A DNA stretch of 34,478 nt from Tubiluchus corallicola (Eukaryota; Animalia; Priapulida): assembly GCA_030141605.1 (NCBI GenBank), contig JAQGDQ010002398.1:61107-95584 (forward strand), read 5' to 3'. A program made the translations under genes and the position numbers. Below the pieces are notes generated by a model. That model made no database searches. It saw only the letters and a list, made by a program, of their open reading frames with translations, and was not told where the DNA came from. Shown piece by piece: positions 1-9,066 of the stretch (position 1 is the stretch's first letter; each line of letters opens with the position of its first letter).

Positions 1-167
1 TAGAAAGGAAAGAAAGAGTGCAAAAAATGCTTGCTCAAATGAACAAAGAAGGATTTGGTGCATGTACTAACACAGGAGCTTGTGCCTTTGAATGCCCCAA
101 AGGAATAGACCTGTCGCATATTGCACGAATGAATAAAGAATACTTAAAAGCAGCAATATTGAAGTAA
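1..167 (+). CDS. sdhB: Succinate dehydrogenase/fumarate reductase iron-sulfur subunit, C-terminal part (5' truncated by window edge)
   Basis: Frame from base 3 reads ERKERVQKMLAQMNKEGFGACTNTGACAFECPKGIDLSHIARMNKEYLKAAILK*. It carries the CxxxxxCxxxCP Fe-S motif and the EGFGACTN signature of Bacteroidota SdhB/FrdB. Confidence 0.88.
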   Translation, partial: ERKERVQKMLAQMNKEGFGACTNTGACAFECPKGIDLSHIARMNKEYLKAAILK

Positions 168-327
168 AGCATTTGATATTATTAAATTTTTTTTTAATAA
201 ATAATCCTAAGCTTATAAAGAGTTGTCTTTGTGTTTATCTTATAAATGTGGTTGCTCAAAAAAAACATCAAAACGCTAGCAAATATTATTAATTAGACAA
301 AAAAAATGAATGTTTTAATGTGAAAAA

Positions 328-358
328 TTGCAGAAAAAAACAAAAGCGCTTACATTCG
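328..358 (+). promoter_or_regulatory. Probable Bacteroidota primary-sigma promoter of the RND operon
   Basis: TTG (328-330), 20 nt, TACATTCG (351-358); one mismatch to the TAnnTTTG -7 consensus, 31 nt before the ATG. Confidence 0.55.
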
Positions 359-389
359 CCTTTTTTATTAGAAAAACTAAAATAAGAAC

Positions 390-1517
390 ATGAAAAGTAA
401 TGCTTTGAGAAATAAAATTCTTTTATCCTTAGTCTTCATGACTGTTGTTATTGGAATAGGACTGCTTGCATATGGAGCGCTCAGCCAAAAAGAAAAAGAA
501 GATGCAAAATCACCTTTAAAAGTTTTAAGGAAAGTTCGAGCGAAGGAAGTAACGTATAAAGACACTACGGCAACTGTGACAGGGTTAGGCAAAGTGCTCT
601 CATCAAATATTGTAAGCCTTGTCTCAGAAGTTCAAGGAGAGATATTACCTGTGAAAGTTCCGTTAAAGATAGGGCAAACCTTTAAAAAAGGTGACACTCT
701 TGTGAAGATATTTGACAGGGATGCACTCTATTTGCTTCAAGCTAAAAAGAGCGATTTTTTAAGAACAGTATCCAATATTCTTCCTGACTTAAAGATAGAT
801 TATCCTGACTCTTACAATGCTTGGTATGCCTTCTTTATTCAAATTAGTGTTGACAAGCCCTTGCCACCCCTACCCAAAGAAAAGTCTCACAAAGAAAGAA
901 TATATATATCTAATAACAATGTTTATAATGCATATTACCAGATAAAAAGCGATGAAATTGTGTATGATAAATATAACATTGTAGCGCCTTTTAATGGAGT
1001 TTATAGAGACGTGATAGCAGAGGTTGGGGGAGTGGCCACACCCAGTACACGTTTGGCAAGTATTTTAAGAACAGACAATTTGGAAATAGAACTTCCTGTC
1101 AGCGTAAAAGATATACAATGGGTGCATAAGGATGCGGAGGTAGACATACATTATGAAAATAAAATAGTAAAAGGAAAAATAATTAGAATAGCTCAATATG
1201 TAGATGAAAATGTGCAGTCAGTCAATGTTTATGTCAAAGTAAATAAAACACAATATCAAATTATACCAGGAATGTTTTTGCAGATAGACATATACGGTGA
1301 CATTATAAAAGACATAGAAGAGCTACCAAGAAAAGCAATATTTGACACCAATCAAGCATTTGTTGTTGAGCAAGGCAAATTAAAACAAAGAGAGATTGAA
1401 ATAGTAAAAACAAACAACAAAACATGCTTAATTACTGGCTTGTTTGAAGGTGATAGCGTGGTAGTTGAAGCGATGCTTGGGGGCGCTGAAGGCGATGAGG
1501 TAAAAATATTAAACTAG
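390..1517 (+). CDS. RND efflux periplasmic adaptor (membrane fusion protein)
   Basis: N-terminal TM anchor, SEVQGEI...GQTFKKGD and IVAPFNG lipoyl half-motifs, PGMF motif; first gene of an MFP-RND-TolC operon. Confidence 0.9.
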   Translation: MKSNALRNKILLSLVFMTVVIGIGLLAYGALSQKEKEDAKSPLKVLRKVRAKEVTYKDTTATVTGLGKVLSSNIVSLVSEVQGEILPVKVPLKIGQTFKKGDTLVKIFDRDALYLLQAKKSDFLRTVSNILPDLKIDYPDSYNAWYAFFIQISVDKPLPPLPKEKSHKERIYISNNNVYNAYYQIKSDEIVYDKYNIVAPFNGVYRDVIAEVGGVATPSTRLASILRTDNLEIELPVSVKDIQWVHKDAEVDIHYENKIVKGKIIRIAQYVDENVQSVNVYVKVNKTQYQIIPGMFLQIDIYGDIIKDIEELPRKAIFDTNQAFVVEQGKLKQREIEIVKTNNKTCLITGLFEGDSVVVEAMLGGAEGDEVKILN

Positions 1518-1526
1518 TCTATTTGC

Positions 1527-4500
1527 ATGAAAAGCATTATAAAGCACTTTATCAGATATCCCGTTTATGCTAATCTTTTGATGATTTCTTTTATGATTGC
1601 AGGTACTTTGGGTTACCTTGCCATGAAAAAATCTTTTTTCCCATCCATTAACGAAAAGTATATCGTTGTAGAGGTGGCATATCAAGGTGCATCGCCAAAG
1701 GAAATGGAGGAGGGAATTACCACCCGAGTAGAGGAAGCCCTAAAAGGAATACCAGGAATAAAAGAATACACTTCATATACATCTGAAAATTTTTCAAGGA
1801 TACAAATAGAAAAACTTACCCATTCAGATATAGATGAAATATTGTATGACGTAAAAAACTCTGTAGATGGAATTAGCGGTTTTCCCGCATCTGCCGAAAA
1901 ACCTATGGTGTATAAAATAAAGTCTACCTCCCCTGCCTTGATAATGTTTCTTAGTGCCAGAGGGAATACTACGCTTTATACGTTGAAAAATTTATCAGAC
2001 GATATAGAAACAGAGTTACGTAATTCAGGTTTAATTTCTCAAATTTCTATAGAAGGAGTACCAACGTTAGAATTGGTAGTAGAAGTGAAGGAAGCAGTGC
2101 TTAATAGATATCAAATGACGCTGGATGAAATAGCTGGAGCTATAAGAAGTAATAATTTGGATTTAGCAGCAGGAGATGTTATTTCAGCCCAAGAAGAATT
2201 TTTTATACGCCTTCGAAAACGTTCGCTTGATCCAGATAAAATTAGCAAAATAGTAATAAGAGCATTTCCAGATGGCAAACTGCTGACAATAGGAGATGTT
2301 GCAAATGTAGAGATGAGGTTTGAAGAGTATGCATTTGATTTTAGAGATTCGGACAAACCCACTGTACAGATTAATATTAATAAACTTAACTCAGAGAATT
2401 TAGAACATATTTCTAATTTCTGCAAAGAATTTTCAGAAGAATTTAACCAACAACATGATGAGGCATATTTATATGTCGCTTATAACTTTATGGATAAGTT
2501 AGGAGAGCGTTTAGATATGCTAATAGCTAATGGAATTCAAGGGTTTATACTTGTTGTTATTGTATTAACAATGTTCTTAAACCTGAGAGTTTCACTTTGG
2601 GTAGCAATAGGAATACCTTTTTCATTTCTTGCCATGTATTTTTTCGCTGATTTACAGGGAATTACTATTAATATGATATCATTGTTTGGAATGATTTTAG
2701 TGATAGGAATACTGGTGGATGATGGAATTGTAATAGCTGAAAATATATTTAGCCATTATGAAAGAGGAAAAAAACCACGACAGGCTGCCTTAGATGGGGC
2801 ATTAGAAGTATTGCCAGCGGTAGTAAGTGCTGTAACAACAACTATTATAGCATTTTCTCCTGTGCTTCTCGCATCAGGAGCATTTGAGTTTTTATTTGAC
2901 ATGGGCTTTGTTGTAACATTTTGTATAGGGCTTTCCTTACTAGAAGCGTTTTTTGTTTTGCCCGTTCATTTAGGTCACGGAAGTGTTTTAAGGCGCCCTG
3001 AGGATAGTGGTAAGAAAAAACACGGATGGCTAAATAAAGTAAAAATGTTTTTGGATAGAAGCATCGTGTACATGAGAGACAAAGTGTACGGACGCGTTCT
3101 TCACATAATTATAAAATGGAAATATGTAGCAATAACACTTCCCATGGCGTTATTTCTAATTACTATTGGGTTAATACAAGGCGGAATTATAAAATTCACC
3201 TACTTTCCTGATGTTCCCCCTGAGTTTATAGAAATACGCGTAGAATATAAACCTGGAGATGGGATGGAAAAAACAAACCAAACAGTAATAGAACTGGAAA
3301 AGAAAGTGTTGGACATTAATGAAGAGCTGAGAATGCGCCGCAAAGATACGCTTTCATATATAGAAACTACTTTTAGATGGGCGGAGAGCCACAAAGGTGG
3401 AATATTTATTGTGTTAAGAAATTTAGACTTAGATTCTGTCTCTGTCAATGATGTTATTGTTGAACTTAAAAAAGGCTTGGGCGACATTCCTGATGCAGAA
3501 AAATTTATTGTTGGGGGAGAAAATAGATGGGGAAAACCTATATCATTTGGTTTTTTATCTACCAATGAAGAAGAATTGAATGAAATGAGAGAGGTATTTA
3601 AAGATGCTCTTAAAAAAATGCCAGAACTTATTAATATAGAAGATGATAGCCCTCCTGGAAAACAAGAAATACAAATTCAACCTACACCTTTGGCATATAT
3701 GTTAGGCTTTGATAATTTTTCCCTATCCAATACTATTAGAAATGGCTTTTTTGGATCAGAAGCACAAAGAATTCAACAAGGAAAGGATGAAATTAGAGTT
3801 TGGGTAAGGTATTTAGAAGAAGATAGAAGCCATATAGGGCAATTGGATGACGTAAAAATTCGAGCAGGAGAAAAATATTATAATTTTAAGGATTTGACAA
3901 CATACCAATTGGATAGAAGTACTTCTGTAATTAAAAAATTTGATGGAAAACGAGAAATACTTATTAGTGCAGACATGGCAGATGCCAATGCTTCTGTGCC
4001 AGATGTGATTGAGAAAATAGAAAAAGATATAATGCCAGGAGTACTGGAGCGCTATTCTTCTATAACATATAGAAAAGAAGGACAAAGTAGAAGTTCCGAA
4101 GAGTCAATTGATGAAATCACAAAGTTGTTTTTCTATGCAATATTGGGGATATTCATTGTTGTTTTCATTAATTTCCGCTCCATTATCCACACATGGGCTG
4201 TTTTATCCATGATACCATTGGGTTTGTTAGGGGCAGTATGGGGGCATGGAATAGAAACATTTATAGCTGAAAACGCCCGTAATTTACCCCCTATACCTGT
4301 TTCCATGTTGAGTCTATGGGGAATTGTCGCATTAAGTGGGGTTATTATCAATGATTCTATAGTGTTTTTAGATAGATATAATTTAAATTTACTCGAAGGG
4401 ATGAAAGTTAAAGAGGCAGTATACAATGCAGGAAGAGCACGTTTTAGACCCATTGTGCTTACCACAATCACTACAGTTTTAGGACTATATCCTATTATAT

Positions 4501-4784
4501 TGCAAAGAAGTTACCAAGCTCTTTTCCTTAAACCAATGGCAATATCATTGGCATATGGAATACTGTTCGGAACAGCATTTATATTACTATTTTTCCCTCC
4601 CTTAATCTCTATTATCAACGATATGAGGGTGGCAAAAAGGAAAATGTGGTTGTTTTTAAAATCAACGTGGAAAGGTGACAAAGTGGATGAAGAAGTCGTC
4701 CCAGAAGAGTTGGAAGTTGTTGTGAAAGAGCGAAAAAGAAGGGTAATAGGAGATGAGAAAAAGAAAGAAAAAGAAGAACAGTAA
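1527..4784 (+). CDS. RND efflux permease (AcrB/AcrD/AcrF family)
   Basis: 1085 aa with two large periplasmic loops; motifs GILVDDGIVIAEN (TM4) and RFRPIVLTTITT (TM11). Confidence 0.93.
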   Translation: MKSIIKHFIRYPVYANLLMISFMIAGTLGYLAMKKSFFPSINEKYIVVEVAYQGASPKEMEEGITTRVEEALKGIPGIKEYTSYTSENFSRIQIEKLTHSDIDEILYDVKNSVDGISGFPASAEKPMVYKIKSTSPALIMFLSARGNTTLYTLKNLSDDIETELRNSGLISQISIEGVPTLELVVEVKEAVLNRYQMTLDEIAGAIRSNNLDLAAGDVISAQEEFFIRLRKRSLDPDKISKIVIRAFPDGKLLTIGDVANVEMRFEEYAFDFRDSDKPTVQININKLNSENLEHISNFCKEFSEEFNQQHDEAYLYVAYNFMDKLGERLDMLIANGIQGFILVVIVLTMFLNLRVSLWVAIGIPFSFLAMYFFADLQGITINMISLFGMILVIGILVDDGIVIAENIFSHYERGKKPRQAALDGALEVLPAVVSAVTTTIIAFSPVLLASGAFEFLFDMGFVVTFCIGLSLLEAFFVLPVHLGHGSVLRRPEDSGKKKHGWLNKVKMFLDRSIVYMRDKVYGRVLHIIIKWKYVAITLPMALFLITIGLIQGGIIKFTYFPDVPPEFIEIRVEYKPGDGMEKTNQTVIELEKKVLDINEELRMRRKDTLSYIETTFRWAESHKGGIFIVLRNLDLDSVSVNDVIVELKKGLGDIPDAEKFIVGGENRWGKPISFGFLSTNEEELNEMREVFKDALKKMPELINIEDDSPPGKQEIQIQPTPLAYMLGFDNFSLSNTIRNGFFGSEAQRIQQGKDEIRVWVRYLEEDRSHIGQLDDVKIRAGEKYYNFKDLTTYQLDRSTSVIKKFDGKREILISADMADANASVPDVIEKIEKDIMPGVLERYSSITYRKEGQSRSSEESIDEITKLFFYAILGIFIVVFINFRSIIHTWAVLSMIPLGLLGAVWGHGIETFIAENARNLPPIPVSMLSLWGIVALSGVIINDSIVFLDRYNLNLLEGMKVKEAVYNAGRARFRPIVLTTITTVLGLYPIILQRSYQALFLKPMAISLAYGILFGTAFILLFFPPLISIINDMRVAKRKMWLFLKSTWKGDKVDEEVVPEELEVVVKERKRRVIGDEKKKEKEEQ

Positions 4785-4809
4785 AAAATTAATACAATAG
4801 CACAGCAGA

Positions 4810-6156
4810 ATGAAAAAAATAATCCTACTTATAAGTTTTTTTTTGATTTATATTGTTGCTTTTGCACAAGAAGAGTTATCATTAGCAGATGCCATACAAA
4901 AGACACTAGATAATAACTATGATATACAAGTTTCTCAAAAAGAGGCAAAAATAGCTGAAATACAAAACTCTTGGGGAGAAACAGGAATACTACCTTCTAT
5001 AGAATTTTCAGCCTCTATTCCTAACTACGCTTATAGCGATATGCATCAAGACACATTGGACATTGTTAATAAAAACACAAGACTGTCAGGAGGAGTTAGG
5101 CTTAATTGGGTTTTGTTTGACGGCTTTGCAATGTTTATTCAAAAGTCAAAATTGGAAAATTTAGAGTCATTGGCACAGGGAAACCTTACATTGCTGGTAG
5201 AGAATACATTAGAGCAAACTATTGCGACTTATTATAATGCTCTATTACAGCAAGAAAAACTCAAAGTAATGAAATATGTAGTAGACCTATCGGAAGAACG
5301 TTATAGATATTCATTAGAAAAAGAACAGATAGGAACTATTAACAGCTATGACGTATTGCAAGCCAAAACAGCATATCTTTCTGATCGATCGGACTATTTA
5401 TTGCAACGGCTACAATATAGAACTGCTTTGAGGAATTTAAGCTACCTACTATCAGAAGCAGATAAGCTATACGTTCTTACAACAGATTTTGATGTAGTGT
5501 CTAAGGATTATAATTTGAGAGAGTTAATGGAAAAAATGTTGTCAAGCAATAAGACTTTGCTTAATCAGTATACAAATATAAAAATAGCTGAGGATGATAG
5601 AAGATTAGCCAACAGTGCTTTATATTACCCAACCCTATCTGTTTCATCAGGTTATTCTATGGGAAAAACAACTACAGAAGTAGAAAGTAGCAACCCGTTA
5701 TTAGAAAATTTTTATAGTGCATCGCAAGGTAGTTCTACTAATTATGATGTAATTTTAACACTTTCTTATAATATTTATAATGCAGGAAGAGATTGGAGAA
5801 GAAAACAAATAGCTAAAATACAGCAAGATGTAGAACAAACTAAATTGGAGCAAGTAGAACATGACCTTACCAACTCATTACTGTTGAGGTTTGAAGAGTA
5901 TAATCAAAGAAAGAAGGTTCATGAACTATCATTAGAGAGGGAGCAAGCAGCGAGTCTTAACCTTCAACGATCAGAAGAAAGATTTAAGCAAGGAGCTATT
6001 AACTCTTTTAATTATAGAGACATACAAGTAGAGTATCTTAACTCTTCTACTTCTAAGCTCGAGTCTATTTACAACTTATTGGTATCCGATACGCAAATAT
6101 TGCGCATTGTAGGAAGCATTATAACAGACAACTCTGATGAGAGTGTTGTTGAGTAA
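4810..6156 (+). CDS. TolC-family outer membrane efflux protein
   Basis: Signal peptide, LSLADAIQKTLDNNYDI start, two OEP-like repeats, located after the RND permease. Confidence 0.9.
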   Translation: MKKIILLISFFLIYIVAFAQEELSLADAIQKTLDNNYDIQVSQKEAKIAEIQNSWGETGILPSIEFSASIPNYAYSDMHQDTLDIVNKNTRLSGGVRLNWVLFDGFAMFIQKSKLENLESLAQGNLTLLVENTLEQTIATYYNALLQQEKLKVMKYVVDLSEERYRYSLEKEQIGTINSYDVLQAKTAYLSDRSDYLLQRLQYRTALRNLSYLLSEADKLYVLTTDFDVVSKDYNLRELMEKMLSSNKTLLNQYTNIKIAEDDRRLANSALYYPTLSVSSGYSMGKTTTEVESSNPLLENFYSASQGSSTNYDVILTLSYNIYNAGRDWRRKQIAKIQQDVEQTKLEQVEHDLTNSLLLRFEEYNQRKKVHELSLEREQAASLNLQRSEERFKQGAINSFNYRDIQVEYLNSSTSKLESIYNLLVSDTQILRIVGSIITDNSDESVVE

Positions 6157-6210
6157 AGCAACTTTAATTAACTCCCTCGCGGTATAACATTTTTGTTAAA
6201 TTTATTCAAA

Positions 6211-6894
6211 ATGATATTAGAGAAAGATGAAAATGGAAAAATACTGTTAGTAGATAAAAATTTAACATGGACATCTTTTGATGTAGTAAAAAAAATTAGA
6301 ATAGCGTCAGGAGAAAAAAAAGTTGGACATGCTGGAACTTTAGACCCATTGGCGACAGGGCTTTTAATTGTATGTGTAGGGAAAAAGACCAAGCGGATAA
6401 ACGAATTTTTAAGCCTTGATAAAACATATGTTGGGACAATGGTTTTGGGAAAAACTACCCCTTCAATAGACCTAGAAACACCCATTGAGAGTGAAAAAAG
6501 CATTGCTCATGTAACTCCTGCTTTGATTGCCGAGACAGCAAAACAATTTCAAGGAGAACTACAGCAAATCCCGCCAATATATTCGGCAGTGAAAAAAAAT
6601 GGAAAAAAAGCATATCAACTTGCTCGTCAAGGAGAAAAAGTAGAATTAGAGGCAAGAAAAGTATGCGTTAAAAAGTTAATTATTACGCGAATAGACTTGC
6701 CTGAAATTGATTTTTATGTAGAGTGTTCAAAAGGATTTTACGTGAGAAGTTTTGTTAGAGATTTTGGCAATGTGCTAAAAACGGGGGCTTACTTGAATAT
6801 GTTAAGACGAACAAAGATAGGTGATTATGATGTAAAAGATGCAGGCAGCATAGAATCAACTGTATCAATGTTCAAACAAAATGAAAGTATATAG
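6211..6894 (+). CDS. truB: tRNA pseudouridine(55) synthase
   Basis: KVGHAGTLDPLATG, PPIYSAVK and CSKGFYVRS motifs. ATG at 6211 preferred over TTG at 6193. Confidence 0.96.
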   Translation: MILEKDENGKILLVDKNLTWTSFDVVKKIRIASGEKKVGHAGTLDPLATGLLIVCVGKKTKRINEFLSLDKTYVGTMVLGKTTPSIDLETPIESEKSIAHVTPALIAETAKQFQGELQQIPPIYSAVKKNGKKAYQLARQGEKVELEARKVCVKKLIITRIDLPEIDFYVECSKGFYVRSFVRDFGNVLKTGAYLNMLRRTKIGDYDVKDAGSIESTVSMFKQNESI

Positions 6895-7790
6895 AGATAT
6901 ATCAAACGTAAAAAAGCTACACGGTGTCGTTGCAACTAATGGGGTGTTTGATGGGGTGCATAGAGGGCATAAGTTTGTTTTTGAATAATCAAAGCTGCGT
7001 CAAAGCTTCAATCTGAAACTATAGTCATCACTTATCACCCTCATCCTCGCAATATATTGCAAAAAAACACACCAATAAAGCTCTTAACAACTCTTGACGA
7101 AAAAATAGAAATAATAAAAAAAACAGGAATAGACCATTTGCTGGTACTCCCTTTTAGCACCAGATTATCTAATCTAACAGCATTTGAATTTATACAAAAT
7201 ATACTGATAGACACTATTGGCGTGAAGCGTCTTATTATAGGCGAAGACCATGTGTTTGGAAGAAAAGGAACACAAGAGGTCAATACTTTGCTTTCTTTAT
7301 GTAATATTGAAGTAGAAAGACCAAAAACTATTGTGGCGAACAACGAAAAAATATCCTCTTCTACAATTAGAGATTTGTTAATGCTGGGAGATTTGGAGAA
7401 GTGCAACCACTTATTGGGGCATGATTATTTGATGACGGGAACAGTGATAGCAGGAAATAAACTAGGGAGAGTGATAGGGTTTCCAACTGCTAATTTGAAA
7501 ATCCCAGAAAATAAGCTTTTGCCGCCAGAGGGAGTCTATGCAGTAAGGATAGTTTATAATGAAGAGGTTTTTTGTGGTATGATGAACATAGGCTTTAAAC
7601 CTACCACAAGGGGAGCAAAAATATAGGGGGGGAAAAGTATATATTTGACTTTGATAAAAAAATATATGGAGAGGAAATCAAAGTACATTGTGCAAAAAAT
7701 AAGAAGAGAGAAAAATTCAATACTATAGAATTGTTAAAACAACAGTTAATTAAAGATAAAAAAATGGTTTTGAATGTTTTGCAAAATTAG
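6881..7790 (+). CDS. ribF: Bifunctional riboflavin kinase/FAD synthetase, frameshifted in this sequence (probable sequencing errors)
   Basis: Three consecutive frames. ATG 6881 gives MKVYRDI...GVFDGVHRGH (stop 6988). The next frame gives TYHPHP...ISSSTIR...GRVIGFPTAN...MMNIGFKPT (stop 7626). The third gives YIFDFDKKIYGEEI...KFNTIELLKQQLIKD, with TAG at 7788-7790. Confidence 0.9.
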
Positions 7791-7797
7791 ACAATAA

Positions 7798-7900
7798 AAA
7801 TTAATGAAGGCCATTACACAGTAGCAGCTTGTTTGGATAAGTGCTATGAAGGAAACACTTTGCTACTTGTTGGTTTGGCTGTGCAATAGCCAATTAATTT
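7798..7900 (-). ncRNA. Candidate structured RNA / long rod-like hairpin, family unidentified
   Basis: Nested inverted repeats 7798-7805/7893-7900, 7809-7821/7879-7891, 7820-7826/7861-7867 and 7839-7845/7854-7860. All three non-Watson-Crick positions become G-U pairs on the minus strand. Confidence 0.5.
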
Positions 7901-7909
7901 ATGAACAAA

Positions 7910-8161
7910 TTATGATACTTTTGATTTCTCTTTTGCAATTTCTTCTAAATAAGAACGTGCATTTAAAGATAAATACTTTTGAAATGTTACTTCTGATATA
8001 AAAAATTCTGGATATACTTTATTTCTATAAATCCAGCGGTCTGTTCGCCCAGTGCAGCGCTTATTTTTATCATATTTCCACTCAAGATATTCCTCCTGTA
8101 CCTTTAATACTCTTAAATAAAAATTCTTTTTATTTAGAAGTGCTCTTGTTTCTTTTTTCAT
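7910..8161 (-). CDS. Small basic hypothetical protein resembling a Bacteroidota Mu-like prophage family
   Basis: Pattern NKKNFYLRVLKVQE...RWIYRNKVYPEFFISEVTFQKYLSLNA resembles, from recall, the small HTH-like gene at the end of the early region in Bacteroidota Mu-like prophages. ATG at 8161; alternative TTG at 8185. Confidence 0.6.
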   Translation of the reverse strand: MKKETRALLNKKNFYLRVLKVQEEYLEWKYDKNKRCTGRTDRWIYRNKVYPEFFISEVTFQKYLSLNARSYLEEIAKEKSKVS

Positions 8162-8212
8162 TTTTGTTACTAATTTTCGTTTCAAATTTTTATAATTTTA
8201 ACATTGAACGCT

Positions 8213-8866
8213 TTATGCTTCCGTCATTCCTAATGGCACAGAAACCCACGCTCCCTCTTCATTTTTGAACTCTGTACGAACAAAAGTTTTAGTTCTAATA
8301 GGCTTATAGGCATCTTCTATTATTCTTACACCGTCAATAAAAAATTTATCGCCACTTTCATTTGCCATTTTACGAAGTTGCAAAACTCTTCCTGCTTTTA
8401 AATTACCTTTTTGATCTTTTGCAAGAAGTTTTAACACAGCATGAACAAGGCGTTTGCTGTTATCATCTTTTGCAAGTGATGAAATATACTGCTTGACTTT
8501 TTCAATGCCTTCATTTGCTGTGTCGTCATAATTGTCAACAGTATAATAACCTATTGTTATTCGTTTATCACCTTTTTTATTACTGAATGTGTGAGTATTT
8601 TGCACGTCATCAGTATTGTAAAGGTTTTTTTTTATTTCCAACGCGCACTTAAACTCCTCGTAAATGTGTCTTTTAAAATTAGATAGCTGAGAAGAAAGAT
8701 TTTGAAGAGAAGGAAATAGCTTTTCCACTTTGTCACTAATTAATTTTTTATATGATTGTCTTTCGTTTTGAAGCAACAATTCTTGTTGTTTTGCAAATTC
8801 TACTGCTTCTTGCATAAGAATTTTTCTTTGCTGTTCTGTTAAATTATTTAAAGATATTGCTTGCAT
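8213..8866 (-). CDS. DUF3164-family protein (Mu-like prophage type)
   Basis: Motifs QNTHTFSN, RITIGY...DNYDDTANEGIEKVKQYI, LLAKDQKGNLKAGRVLQL, FIDGVRIIEDAY and WVSVPLGMTE match Bacteroidota DUF3164 proteins as recalled. ATG at 8866 (217 aa) lies just downstream of a promoter. Confidence 0.82.
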   Translation of the reverse strand: MQAISLNNLTEQQRKILMQEAVEFAKQQELLLQNERQSYKKLISDKVEKLFPSLQNLSSQLSNFKRHIYEEFKCALEIKKNLYNTDDVQNTHTFSNKKGDKRITIGYYTVDNYDDTANEGIEKVKQYISSLAKDDNSKRLVHAVLKLLAKDQKGNLKAGRVLQLRKMANESGDKFFIDGVRIIEDAYKPIRTKTFVRTEFKNEEGAWVSVPLGMTEA

Positions 8867-8894
8867 TGTTAAATTTATTTTGTTTTTATGTAAA

Positions 8895-8926
8895 CAAATA
8901 TATATTAAAAAAATGCATTTGTCAAG
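8895..8926 (-). promoter_or_regulatory. Bacteroidota primary-sigma promoter for the DUF3164 operon
   Basis: Minus strand reads CTTG (8926-8923), 20 nt, TATATTTG (8902-8895), 28 nt upstream of ATG 8866. Confidence 0.7.
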
Positions 8927-9066
8927 CATTTTTGTTAAAAAAATAAATTTTTTGCGTTTATTTGTTTTTGTAAAAACACTTTATGCTTTTATATTTTCCT
9001 AAATATGTGTATGTTGCAGAATAAAATAGAAAAATTTAAAACAGATACACTCATAGGCAGGCTAAC

